From the IMG/VR virus record IMGVR_UViG_3300019093_001485, positions 916-64,915 of that record: a stretch of 64,000 nt of DNA; one strand, 5' to 3'. The notes under the pieces are model-generated. The model searched no databases. It had not been told where the DNA came from and worked only from the letters and a program-made list of their open reading frames with translations. A program made the position numbers and the translations under genes. Shown piece by piece: positions 37,938 through 45,871 of this stretch (positions within the stretch are counted from its first letter, which is position 1; the number at the start of each line of letters is the position of its first letter). The stretch is from a virus (Duplodnaviria > Caudoviricetes).

Positions 37938-40492
37938 GCCACTGCCTCGAGTTCTTCAAAGTCGAACAGCGTCGGCATAGACATTTCTCGTTCAGCAGCC
38001 TTGCAATATGCGGCACCATCGAGGAAGTAAGCCGGGCTCAACTCAATGCCTATACCCTTGCGACCCTTCAGAATGGCGCGGTACGGGACAGTCATCAGGC
38101 CGCCAAACGGGTCCAGGACGATATCGCCCTTGTTTGACCACTGTTCAATTGCACGATCAGCGATATCAAATTGCATCGGGCAAAGATGCATTTCTTTACC
38201 CTTCGCTGACTGGGCTCCATTCAATGTGAGCATGCGCGTCACATCTGACCAGACCTCACTTGACCAGGACTGCGGCTGCAGCAGCATAAAAGTGACTGGC
38301 AACTTGCCTTGCGCATCCAGCGTTTCACCTATCTTGACGTGATGCTCAAAGTTATAGATCGCTTCCAGGCTGTTTGCCTTGAAGGTCTTGAAAATCATGT
38401 CGTGCGGCATCGACTGCAGCTCTTCAGGTGCCAGCAGGCGGTTACCAGATGACCTGGTGAAGCCATGGGCATCAATCTGCCAGCGAGACCGGCTATAGTT
38501 ATCCTTGCCCTTCACCACCGGCTCATCCGCATAACTGTTGCTTGTGTCTGTTGGCGGCTTCCTGAAAATCAGCAAGTACTCGGGTATGCCACAACTCATC
38601 TTGCTGCCGTCTTTGCACTGCTCAGACCAGCCCAGGCGATATGTTTGATTGTTTTCGCGGACCACGTCAGTGACAATGGTTTTCATACCCATATAGGCGA
38701 AACCGTGTTTTGTATAATGCTCAATACAGCGTGCATGGAATGGGTACACGGTCTGAAAGCCGAGGCCTGTCATGCCACCGGGCACAATGCGGTCTTTAAC
38801 GTGGATAGCGGCCAAGCGGCCAGGTTTGAGCACTTTTAGCAAATTGGGCGTCAAATAGTCCATTTGCTTGAAAAAATGCTCGTTATTGTCCGTGTGCCCG
38901 AAATCAGAATAGTTGGGGCTGTATTCGTACTGCGTAGAAAAAGGAATCGAAGTGACGATCAGGCCTACGCTGTTTTCTTCCATGGCAGTTGTTTCCAGCA
39001 CGCTGTCATTGTTGATGCAGCGGTAGTTGTCGCCGCACACTTCAATGCGCTTAACGCCCATTGCGCGGGTAAGCTCGTTTGCCATAGCATCCTCGGACAA
39101 ACCGTATTCATTGATCAGTTCAGACATCTTTGCCACCATTTCATTGTGTTGTTTCCATTTGCGTTCCACCTGACGCCGCACCTCGCGCTCAGCCTCCGTA
39201 TAGATCAGATCAATACGGACGGTCTTGGTCTGCAAGAATCGCTGGATACGGTGAATTGCCTGAATCAGGTCTTTGAATTTGAAACCGATTCCCAGGAAGA
39301 TCGCCCAGGAGCAGTGCCGCTGGAAATTGCAACCGCTGCCAGCGATCACCGGCTTGGCCGCCAACTCTTGAATCCTTCCGTCGGAAAAGTCGATAATCGC
39401 CGCCTCACGCTCTTCCATGTCCTGACTACCGTAAACGCTGACTGATGTTGGGATTGCTTTCTCGATCGCGTGGCGCTCTGCTTCCAGGTCATGCCACAGC
39501 AATCTATGTGCGTCCGGATCTTCGGCGCGCAGTTCCATCATTTTTGCAATGCGGGCTGGCAATGACTCCCTTTTCTCGCGGGCGGAATCGACAACGCCGA
39601 TGGCCTGATTCTTGAACATGCGCGCCTGGCCGGACATTTCATGGCCAGCAGTGGAATGGTTCGCAGGGATTTCATGCCAGCGGATATCCATCTTTGGCAG
39701 CGAATAGCCTTCATCGGAAAAGCCCAGATCAGACGGCCGCTGAACAAATAAACCCCACGATGCCAGCCAAGTCCAGAACTCGCGCTCTTTGTGGGCGTGA
39801 ATCGTCAGTTCGTCGGCCTTTTCGCTATTGCGCTTGAAGAAGCGAGTTTTGGCAGCTGAGACATCCATCACGCCCAGGAATGCTGAATAAGCAAGCAGCT
39901 CTATGTATTCATTCGGGCTGGGTGTAGCCGTGGCAACAAACCGGTACCGCACTCCGTCGCTGCGCACCCGGTTAACCATGGTTTTATAGTCGCCGGCAAA
40001 CAGACCCATGAATTCTCTGAATGTCTTGGTGCCACCAAATCCCCGCAAGCAGTCGGCTTCATCAAGGCATGCGACACTGAACAGGCGAGGATCCAGTTTG
40101 CCGTCCCGAATGGTCTCGTAATTTGTCATGTAGATGCCTTCGGGGTCCGTGGCTTCCTGGATGCGACGAATAAACTTGATCGTGATGCCCAGCATAGCTG
40201 CATCGCGCATAAATTCCTGACGCACGCCAAGCGGTGCACAGATCAAGCCCCTGCCACCAGCAAAATTGCGGATGATGCGGACGATCTCCAGTTCCATCAC
40301 AGTCTTACCCAGGCCGAAGGCTGCAAATATTGCTCGCCTGCCACCACGGACAGCCCATTTGACGATCGCTCGTTGGTGCTGTTTTAGGATGGGATTGATA
40401 TCGGAATCACATATCTCAAAGCCATATAACTCAGCTTTGACAACCTTTTGTTGCAGAAATTTTGTGTAATCGCTTAAAATATGAGCAGTCAT
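37934..40492 (-). CDS. SNF2-like helicase fused to N6/N4 DNA methyltransferase
   Basis: FGLGKT, LDEAD, TATPSPN, QAIHRIQRF; then TSIPF (motif IV) and VLDPFGGL (motif I). Confidence 0.88.
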   Translation of the reverse strand: MTAHILSDYTKFLQQKVVKAELYGFEICDSDINPILKQHQRAIVKWAVRGGRRAIFAAFGLGKTVMELEIVRIIRNFAGGRGLICAPLGVRQEFMRDAAMLGITIKFIRRIQEATDPEGIYMTNYETIRDGKLDPRLFSVACLDEADCLRGFGGTKTFREFMGLFAGDYKTMVNRVRSDGVRYRFVATATPSPNEYIELLAYSAFLGVMDVSAAKTRFFKRNSEKADELTIHAHKEREFWTWLASWGLFVQRPSDLGFSDEGYSLPKMDIRWHEIPANHSTAGHEMSGQARMFKNQAIGVVDSAREKRESLPARIAKMMELRAEDPDAHRLLWHDLEAERHAIEKAIPTSVSVYGSQDMEEREAAIIDFSDGRIQELAAKPVIAGSGCNFQRHCSWAIFLGIGFKFKDLIQAIHRIQRFLQTKTVRIDLIYTEAEREVRRQVERKWKQHNEMVAKMSELINEYGLSEDAMANELTRAMGVKRIEVCGDNYRCINNDSVLETTAMEENSVGLIVTSIPFSTQYEYSPNYSDFGHTDNNEHFFKQMDYLTPNLLKVLKPGRLAAIHVKDRIVPGGMTGLGFQTVYPFHARCIEHYTKHGFAYMGMKTIVTDVVRENNQTYRLGWSEQCKDGSKMSCGIPEYLLIFRKPPTDTSNSYADEPVVKGKDNYSRSRWQIDAHGFTRSSGNRLLAPEELQSMPHDMIFKTFKANSLEAIYNFEHHVKIGETLDAQGKLPVTFMLLQPQSWSSEVWSDVTRMLTLNGAQSAKGKEMHLCPMQFDIADRAIEQWSNKGDIVLDPFGGLMTVPYRAILKGRKGIGIELSPAYFLDGAAYCKAAEREMSMPTLFDFEELEAVA

Positions 40493-40509
40493 TTATCGGA
40501 ACCCTATTT

Positions 40510-40725
40510 TCATAATTGATCAGAAGCCCGGGCGGGTGCAACCGCTTGGGCTTTGTTTTTTGCGGGGCGCACATTGATGTATGTGGCGTACTGCACGATG
40601 TCGCGAATAGTGCTTTCGCCAACCTGATAGATTTTGGCAAGAGTGCCGTAGCCGCGCACGTATGCCAGGTATTGCGACCTGATTTCAAGTACTTGCTCAG
40701 GCGTGAGCTTCCGGCGACGAGTCAT
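40510..40725 (-). CDS. Small HTH protein
   Basis: KLTPEQVLEIR...LAKIYQVGESTIRDIV. Confidence 0.75.
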   Translation of the reverse strand: MTRRRKLTPEQVLEIRSQYLAYVRGYGTLAKIYQVGESTIRDIVQYATYINVRPAKNKAQAVAPARASDQL

Positions 40726-41252
40726 CTGCCATCTCCTTCAAACAGGCAAAGAATCGCTTCCATTGATTGTTCAGCTACCTGTGCAGAGGCATACGGCCAA
40801 AGATATTTCTGTGCATGATGTGTGCGGAAAAACTCAAGAACGCCATCGCGATAAATTTGAAAGTCACCTTCGTCGCATTTTTTGTACGAGATAGATTTCG
40901 GAACAGGGAACACTCCGCCCTTTGGACCGCTGCACCATATAACCCAGCCTGACCCTACTTTCAGCCAAAGTCTGAACGTTTCACGGTCTTTGAATCGCTC
41001 TTGGTTTTTGAATACCTCACCTTCAAGCTTCATTTGCTTGCGGTGCACTGGGCCAAAGCGAGGGATCAGCGTCTCAACAGAGAAAAACTCACCACTGCCT
41101 AGATTCCAGATGCTGTTCCAAAATCTGCGCCAAGCTTTCTGATCTTGCTCAGCTTGGCCATCGACCATTTCAAAGAGACATTCACGCAAAACCTGGCGCT
41201 GAGCTTCGGTTGGCTCAATGTCTGTACGCTTTGTTAGTACGATTTGCGTCAT
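40722..41252 (-). CDS. DUF1367/Nin-region-like protein
   Basis: HRK...FRLWLKVGSGW...PVPKSISY..CDE. Confidence 0.65.
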   Translation of the reverse strand: MTQIVLTKRTDIEPTEAQRQVLRECLFEMVDGQAEQDQKAWRRFWNSIWNLGSGEFFSVETLIPRFGPVHRKQMKLEGEVFKNQERFKDRETFRLWLKVGSGWVIWCSGPKGGVFPVPKSISYKKCDEGDFQIYRDGVLEFFRTHHAQKYLWPYASAQVAEQSMEAILCLFEGDGR

Positions 41253-41455
41253 GCAGCGCCCCGGCATAAGCTGCAATACTTGAACACAGCCTCACCTGCG
41301 GAATTGGTGAACTGTTGAATAGAACGCCATTGGCCGCTGCCATTGCGGCAGCGGCTCCCTTTACAGTATCGGCGAGCGGTTACTGTATTGAGGGGCGATG
41401 TTGATTGATTGCGGATGTGCTGAGCATCCGTTGCCGCCGGAGATTGATAGGTCAT
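41249..41455 (-). CDS. Small Cys-containing hypothetical protein
   Basis: CKGSRC...CSLC; coupled. Confidence 0.55.
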   Translation of the reverse strand: MTYQSPAATDAQHIRNQSTSPLNTVTARRYCKGSRCRNGSGQWRSIQQFTNSAGEAVFKYCSLCRGAA

Positions 41456-41558
41456 AGCTTCCCCCGGAAAAAATCACGGATTGCACGCAAGCGGCGAATG
41501 ACCAAGATGCGAGTCCAGATCATTTCCAACCGCATGCACTTAAAAAACGTTGGTGTCG

Positions 41559-41744
41559 TCATGGTTCCGCTTTCACCAAGGTATCAATCGCTTCACGCAA
41601 ATGGCGCGTAGCCAAAACCAGCCGGCTATTACATTCCTCCACTCTGGAAGTGCCACGCGCACCAATTTTTTCTTTATCTGCTTCCCGCCAATTTTTAGCC
41701 ATCACAAGCACCCTTTCTTTTTTCTGGTCGGTCTGTTCGCTCAT
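41559..41744 (-). CDS. Hypothetical protein
   Basis: AAGGA RBS, in operon. Confidence 0.55.
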   Translation of the reverse strand: MSEQTDQKKERVLVMAKNWREADKEKIGARGTSRVEECNSRLVLATRHLREAIDTLVKAEP

Positions 41745-41784
41745 TACTGTCCTTCTTGTGTCTCATCGTTGTCCGCCCTTCCCG

Positions 41785-42009
41785 TCAAAGACGCATGTTT
41801 CGGTTAGGAAACATGGCCTTGTTATGTGCCGATGAAGGTCTTTCTGTTCGTCGTCGCGATCGAATAACATTCGTGCTTCGGGCCCAGTTATTTGCCAGGT
41901 TGCGCAAAACACGGGACTGAGGAACATCCGAGGCTTTGCAACGATTTTGAAATTCCAGAAATTCATCTGCATTCAGCAGGGTTTTGACGACTATGGTTCG
42001 AGAGTTCAT
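41785..42009 (-). CDS. Small DNA-binding protein (RHH-like) at the cII position
   Basis: beta-alpha-alpha pattern TIVVKTLLNADEF...SRVLRNL; AGGA RBS; follows cro. Confidence 0.5.
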   Translation of the reverse strand: MNSRTIVVKTLLNADEFLEFQNRCKASDVPQSRVLRNLANNWARSTNVIRSRRRTERPSSAHNKAMFPNRNMRL

Positions 42010-42065
42010 GTTTTTGTCCTAGTGTTAGTGATTCAGGAATAGTGCTGCGATTCGAGGTGCCAGGG

Positions 42066-42314
42066 TTAGGAGTCACATTGGGATTCCTCCTGGAGTTCCG
42101 GCCAGAATTCGAGCCAATCATTAGGGCGCAATACTTTGAGAGATATGCCAAACCTATCGGTCACTTTTTTACAATGGCGCGCAGCAAGTGGCTTTCCACT
42201 TATATAAAGTTGATTTATATAGGCAGGAGAAACGCCGAGGAAGGAAGCTAAAGCTTTTTGACTTCCAGCCTTTGCGCTTGCCAGTTGGATTGGATTTAAG
42301 TTCTGTTCGCACAT
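42066..42314 (-). CDS. cro: Cro/YdaS-like repressor
   Basis: AGSQKALASFLGVSPAYINQL HTH and LRPNDWLEFWPEL tail; divergent from cI. Confidence 0.88.
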   Translation of the reverse strand: MCEQNLNPIQLASAKAGSQKALASFLGVSPAYINQLYISGKPLAARHCKKVTDRFGISLKVLRPNDWLEFWPELQEESQCDS

Positions 42315-42320
42315 GGCGTC

Positions 42321-42361
42321 AATATAAAGCAGTGCTTTATCAAAATCAAGCATTGATTTAT
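42321..42361. promoter_or_regulatory. OR: two 17-bp operators overlapping PR
   Basis: ATAAAGCAGTGCTTTAT (42324-42340) and ATCAAGCATTGATTTAT (42345-42361); minus-strand TTGATT, 17 bp, TATATT, 6 nt before the cro ATG. Confidence 0.88.
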
Positions 42362-42388
42362 CTGACGGCAACGAATCACAATTACTTT

Positions 42389-42877
42389 ATGAAAATCGAC
42401 CCAAATAAAGAAAATCAGGATCGCGCCGCTTTAATCAAAGAGGCTATTGCTGCTTCTGGAAAAAAGAAGTCTGCGATCGCTTTAGAGCTTGATATCAAGC
42501 CCCAGGCGATTACTGGCTGGGAAACTACTGGGCGCATCCATCGAACTATGTTGCGAAAACTGGGGCTTGTACTGGGGAAAAATCTTTGTGGAGAGGAATC
42601 TACAATTGAGGACCTGGACGAAGACACCAAGCAAGTAGTTAAACTGATGGAGATGACAGACAATGAGGGGCGTGTCCGCGCACGTATAGCCGTAACGGAC
42701 ATCCTCAATCAGTACAAATTCAACAAGCGACTTTCAGAATCGTCTGAGCCAAACATTGAGGAAGCTATTAACAGCATCAAAGACCCTCAGAAACGCGCAG
42801 TGCTTAAGGCTGCACTTGATACCATAAGTTCTATGGAGCAAGATTCTGTTGCAAAACCATTAAAGAAAGCCAGTTAA
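42389..42877 (+). CDS. CI-like repressor (XRE HTH, no S24 domain)
   Basis: KKSAIALELDIKPQAITGWETTGRI HTH; divergent from cro; helical C-terminus. Confidence 0.82.
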   Translation: MKIDPNKENQDRAALIKEAIAASGKKKSAIALELDIKPQAITGWETTGRIHRTMLRKLGLVLGKNLCGEESTIEDLDEDTKQVVKLMEMTDNEGRVRARIAVTDILNQYKFNKRLSESSEPNIEEAINSIKDPQKRAVLKAALDTISSMEQDSVAKPLKKAS

Positions 42878-42938
42878 ACAGTCATATCAGCATTAATTAT
42901 GCTAATGTGAATAGCGCGTATGCAAGAATTTTGCAACT

Positions 42939-43316
42939 ATGCATAATTCGCGCATGGACATTTCAACTAGATTAGATATGGCGATGGTTGCCGCTGGATT
43001 CCGCGATCAAAGCGATTTGGCGCGAGTCGCCGGAATCTCTCAATCCACAGCCAACAGAATTTTAAGTGGTCGGGCAAAGCAGCCCGACGCATTGAGTTTG
43101 TTCAGACTTGCGAGGGCTTGTAACGTGTCCGTTGAATGGCTTGTGTCTGGTGAGGAACCTGAAAAAATAAGTGTTTCCCTGGCTTACATCAGCAGTAAAG
43201 AGGCTGAACTACTCACCATGTACCGTCAATGTAACGACGACGGCAAAAAAGTCATCTTTGCGGCCGCGGAGACCGCTTTACAGATAGCCCCTGCGGGTGA
43301 CTCGGAAACTGAATAA
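42939..43316 (+). CDS. Second XRE-family HTH regulator
   Basis: QSDLARVAGISQSTANRILSG...LARACNVSVEWLVSG; start may be ATG 42954. Confidence 0.88.
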   Translation: MHNSRMDISTRLDMAMVAAGFRDQSDLARVAGISQSTANRILSGRAKQPDALSLFRLARACNVSVEWLVSGEEPEKISVSLAYISSKEAELLTMYRQCNDDGKKVIFAAAETALQIAPAGDSETE

Positions 43317-43485
43317 CATTCGACTTTTCCGAGAAGTCCTTTTCCAATTTCTCCATAAATCCCACTGCGAACCGGCGACCAGAACTATTTAGCCGGTTAA
43401 ACACGCACATCGCCGCTATCTGCTCTTCCGTCATCTCAACACTTTCGGTCTTTTGTAGTGCACCCAACTGTTGCTCCGAATCCAT
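43252..43485 (-). CDS. Small protein resembling the XRE C-terminal helix pair (candidate antirepressor)
   Basis: GAAGGG RBS before ATG 43485; EEQIAAMCVFNRLNSSGRRFAVGFME resembles KEAELLTMYRQCNDDGKKVIFAAAE of the neighbouring XRE. Confidence 0.55.
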   Translation of the reverse strand: MDSEQQLGALQKTESVEMTEEQIAAMCVFNRLNSSGRRFAVGFMEKLEKDFSEKSNVIQFPSHPQGLSVKRSPRPQR

Positions 43486-43746
43486 TAAGTTACCCTTCGC
43501 CTTAGTTGTTACAAACCAGCTTGCTCCGTTACAGAGGAAAAGATTATATTTCCAAAATTCCAATGTTTCATTTGAAACGCATTGTAGTATCACTTTAAAT
43601 GATTTTGCAATGTTTTTCATTTGAATAATTGAAGAAACTAATGGACATGATCCAAGGGAAATAAAGCTCTTTCGTTAAACTTCTCTTGTTGCAAATGAAA
43701 TTATATCATTGTAAAATACCTAATTTAATCATTTTAAGTGATATTC

Positions 43747-44394
43747 ATGTCCCTACCCGCGATTACCCTCGTTACGGCAGATGATCAGCATATGTTGCTT
43801 GCGCTGTATCAGTACTATGCAGAAGAGCATGGCATGACTGTGATAGAGGAATGCAAAACTCCAGAGCAAGCAATTGAGTCATATTCAAAGCATCAGCCCC
43901 AGGTCATTTTGCTTGATATTCGATTTGGTACTGATATGTCTGGCTTTGATATTGCAAGAGAGATTCTGAAAAAACATCCAAATGCGAATATCGTTTTCAT
44001 CAGTCAATATGACCAGGCATCGTATATAGGCGAAGCTTATCGCGTCGGGGCAAAGGCCTTTTTAACAAAGAATTGTGATGCAGATACTTTTAAAAAAGCC
44101 ATTCAGGCTGCTAGCAAAGGCGAAAAATTCTTTATGCCTGAACTACTGGAAAAAGCTGTTCAACTGGTGACCAATCCGGAAATGAACCCGAAGCTAGTTT
44201 TGCAAGAAAAGAATCTATTCGAAGTATTTATACTGCTTGCCGAAGGCCTGACGAACGAAGAGATTGCCGAAAAGCTTGGTGTGGATAAACGTACCGTATC
44301 ACTCAATCGACAAAAAATTCAAGACAGATTGAATATTAGTAGGCTGCAGGAATACACAAGAATGGCAATCGCCCATGGCCTGATGGAGCCTTGA
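43747..44394 (+). CDS. NarL/LuxR-family response regulator
   Basis: REC residues ADD, LLDI, FISQ, FLTK intact; LuxR HTH GLTNEEIAEKLGVDKRTV. Confidence 0.93.
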   Translation: MSLPAITLVTADDQHMLLALYQYYAEEHGMTVIEECKTPEQAIESYSKHQPQVILLDIRFGTDMSGFDIAREILKKHPNANIVFISQYDQASYIGEAYRVGAKAFLTKNCDADTFKKAIQAASKGEKFFMPELLEKAVQLVTNPEMNPKLVLQEKNLFEVFILLAEGLTNEEIAEKLGVDKRTVSLNRQKIQDRLNISRLQEYTRMAIAHGLMEP

Positions 44395-44413
44395 GGCCCA
44401 TTAAACATATTCA

Positions 44414-45871
44414 ATGATAGACCTACACAAGATAATTCCTCTTCGATGGTTTTTTCCATTGATTGCAGTGCTGCCGGTTTTTATCGTCGCCTGCCTGGCC
44501 GGCGTATTTCTTGATGTAAGTATTTCAAACCAGCTAGACAATCAGTTAGAAAATAATTTGCGCGGACTCGGTGAAAACATTTCAAATTCTTCAGAATTTG
44601 CATTGCAGACCCAAAATACATCAGAACTCAAAAAAGTAATTTGTGCAAGCTTGTATCTATCAGCTGAAATCAATGAGATTGAGATTTTAGATGACAGTTC
44701 TGTAAAGTTAGACGATTGCCGCCGGATGGTTAAAATTGAAGGTGACTCAATAGCAGTGACCCTTCCAATTCACCCACTAAACAGGGATCAAGTTAAATCT
44801 ACGAGCAAAAATATTGTCATTGGATATGTACGAATAACCGCAGCAAAATCCGTCGTCGAAAATGAAAAACGACTGATCAGGTGGGTATTATTCCTGGTTC
44901 TGACTTTTGCTGTACTACTCACACTTTTATTCTCTTATTTTTTCACAAAAAAATTAGCTTTTGCAGTAATCGAGTTATCACAGGCGTCAAAAAGTATTAC
45001 GGAAAAAAATTTCCAAATCGAATTTTCGAAAATGCTTGGTGGCGAAGTAGGTCAAATGCAAAAGTCATTTTTGGAAATGTCGAGGACTATGTCCGACTTT
45101 ACAAAACACCTGAACAATAATGTGGAAGCCAGAACCAAAGAACTTGATACCCAGAAAAATTTGCTAGAAAAAGCCTATACAGAAAACAAAAGATTAATTC
45201 ATCGCATCAACACTGCGATTGAGAATGAACGCAGATTGATTGCTCTTGATTTACACGATGTATTTAATACAGTCATCTTGCACATCTTAGGGACTGCGCG
45301 CCAGACAAAGTCAATGCTGCATAAAGTCGCCCAACAGGTAGACGTTTCAGGCGCGCAGTCGAATTTAGTAGCCATTGAACACAATGCCAATCACCTGTAC
45401 GCCTTGTCTAAAGATTTGGTTTCGAATCTAAGACCGGAAGTGCTTGACGAGTTCGGCCTGGCAGAGGCCTTGCAGGATTTAGTAACCAAACACGGGAATT
45501 CGCATGCCGATTGCCAATACTCTTTGAAACTCAATGGTCAAATTCCCCGGTTTGATTACGATTTCAATATTGCCATATTCAGGATTGTTCAAGAATCACT
45601 ATCGAATGTCGCCAAACATGCAAACGCGACCCAATGCAAGATCACTTTAACTGTTATTGATAAGATTAATCATTGTCGCATCGTATTAAGCATTATTGAC
45701 GACGGCAACGGATTTGATATGCGAAACCGTAAGCAAGGCTTTGGCCTGGACGGTATGCGTGAAAGAGCTGGAGGCATTGGCGGCACCATCGAAGTTTCGG
45801 CTGCACCAGGTGCAAGTACTAATATCTTGCTTTGCGTAGACAAATATATTCAATCTAAAACAGAAATATAG
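44414..45871 (+). CDS. Membrane sensor histidine kinase (HAMP, HisKA_3, HATPase)
   Basis: Two TMs; ERRLIALDLHD; QESLSNVAKHANA; DDGNGF; GFGLDGMRERA. Confidence 0.95.
   Translation: MIDLHKIIPLRWFFPLIAVLPVFIVACLAGVFLDVSISNQLDNQLENNLRGLGENISNSSEFALQTQNTSELKKVICASLYLSAEINEIEILDDSSVKLDDCRRMVKIEGDSIAVTLPIHPLNRDQVKSTSKNIVIGYVRITAAKSVVENEKRLIRWVLFLVLTFAVLLTLLFSYFFTKKLAFAVIELSQASKSITEKNFQIEFSKMLGGEVGQMQKSFLEMSRTMSDFTKHLNNNVEARTKELDTQKNLLEKAYTENKRLIHRINTAIENERRLIALDLHDVFNTVILHILGTARQTKSMLHKVAQQVDVSGAQSNLVAIEHNANHLYALSKDLVSNLRPEVLDEFGLAEALQDLVTKHGNSHADCQYSLKLNGQIPRFDYDFNIAIFRIVQESLSNVAKHANATQCKITLTVIDKINHCRIVLSIIDDGNGFDMRNRKQGFGLDGMRERAGGIGGTIEVSAAPGASTNILLCVDKYIQSKTEI

Noticed and set aside
37934-40492. 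Host defence system (BREX, DISARM or restriction-modification)
   Set aside because: No nuclease or partner genes; it is embedded and translationally coupled in the phage early-right operon
42188-42388. N-terminal extensions of cI (from 42188) and cro (from 42371) in the ORF track
   Set aside because: They run across the operators and the opposite gene; ATG 42389 and ATG 42314 fit the promoter geometry
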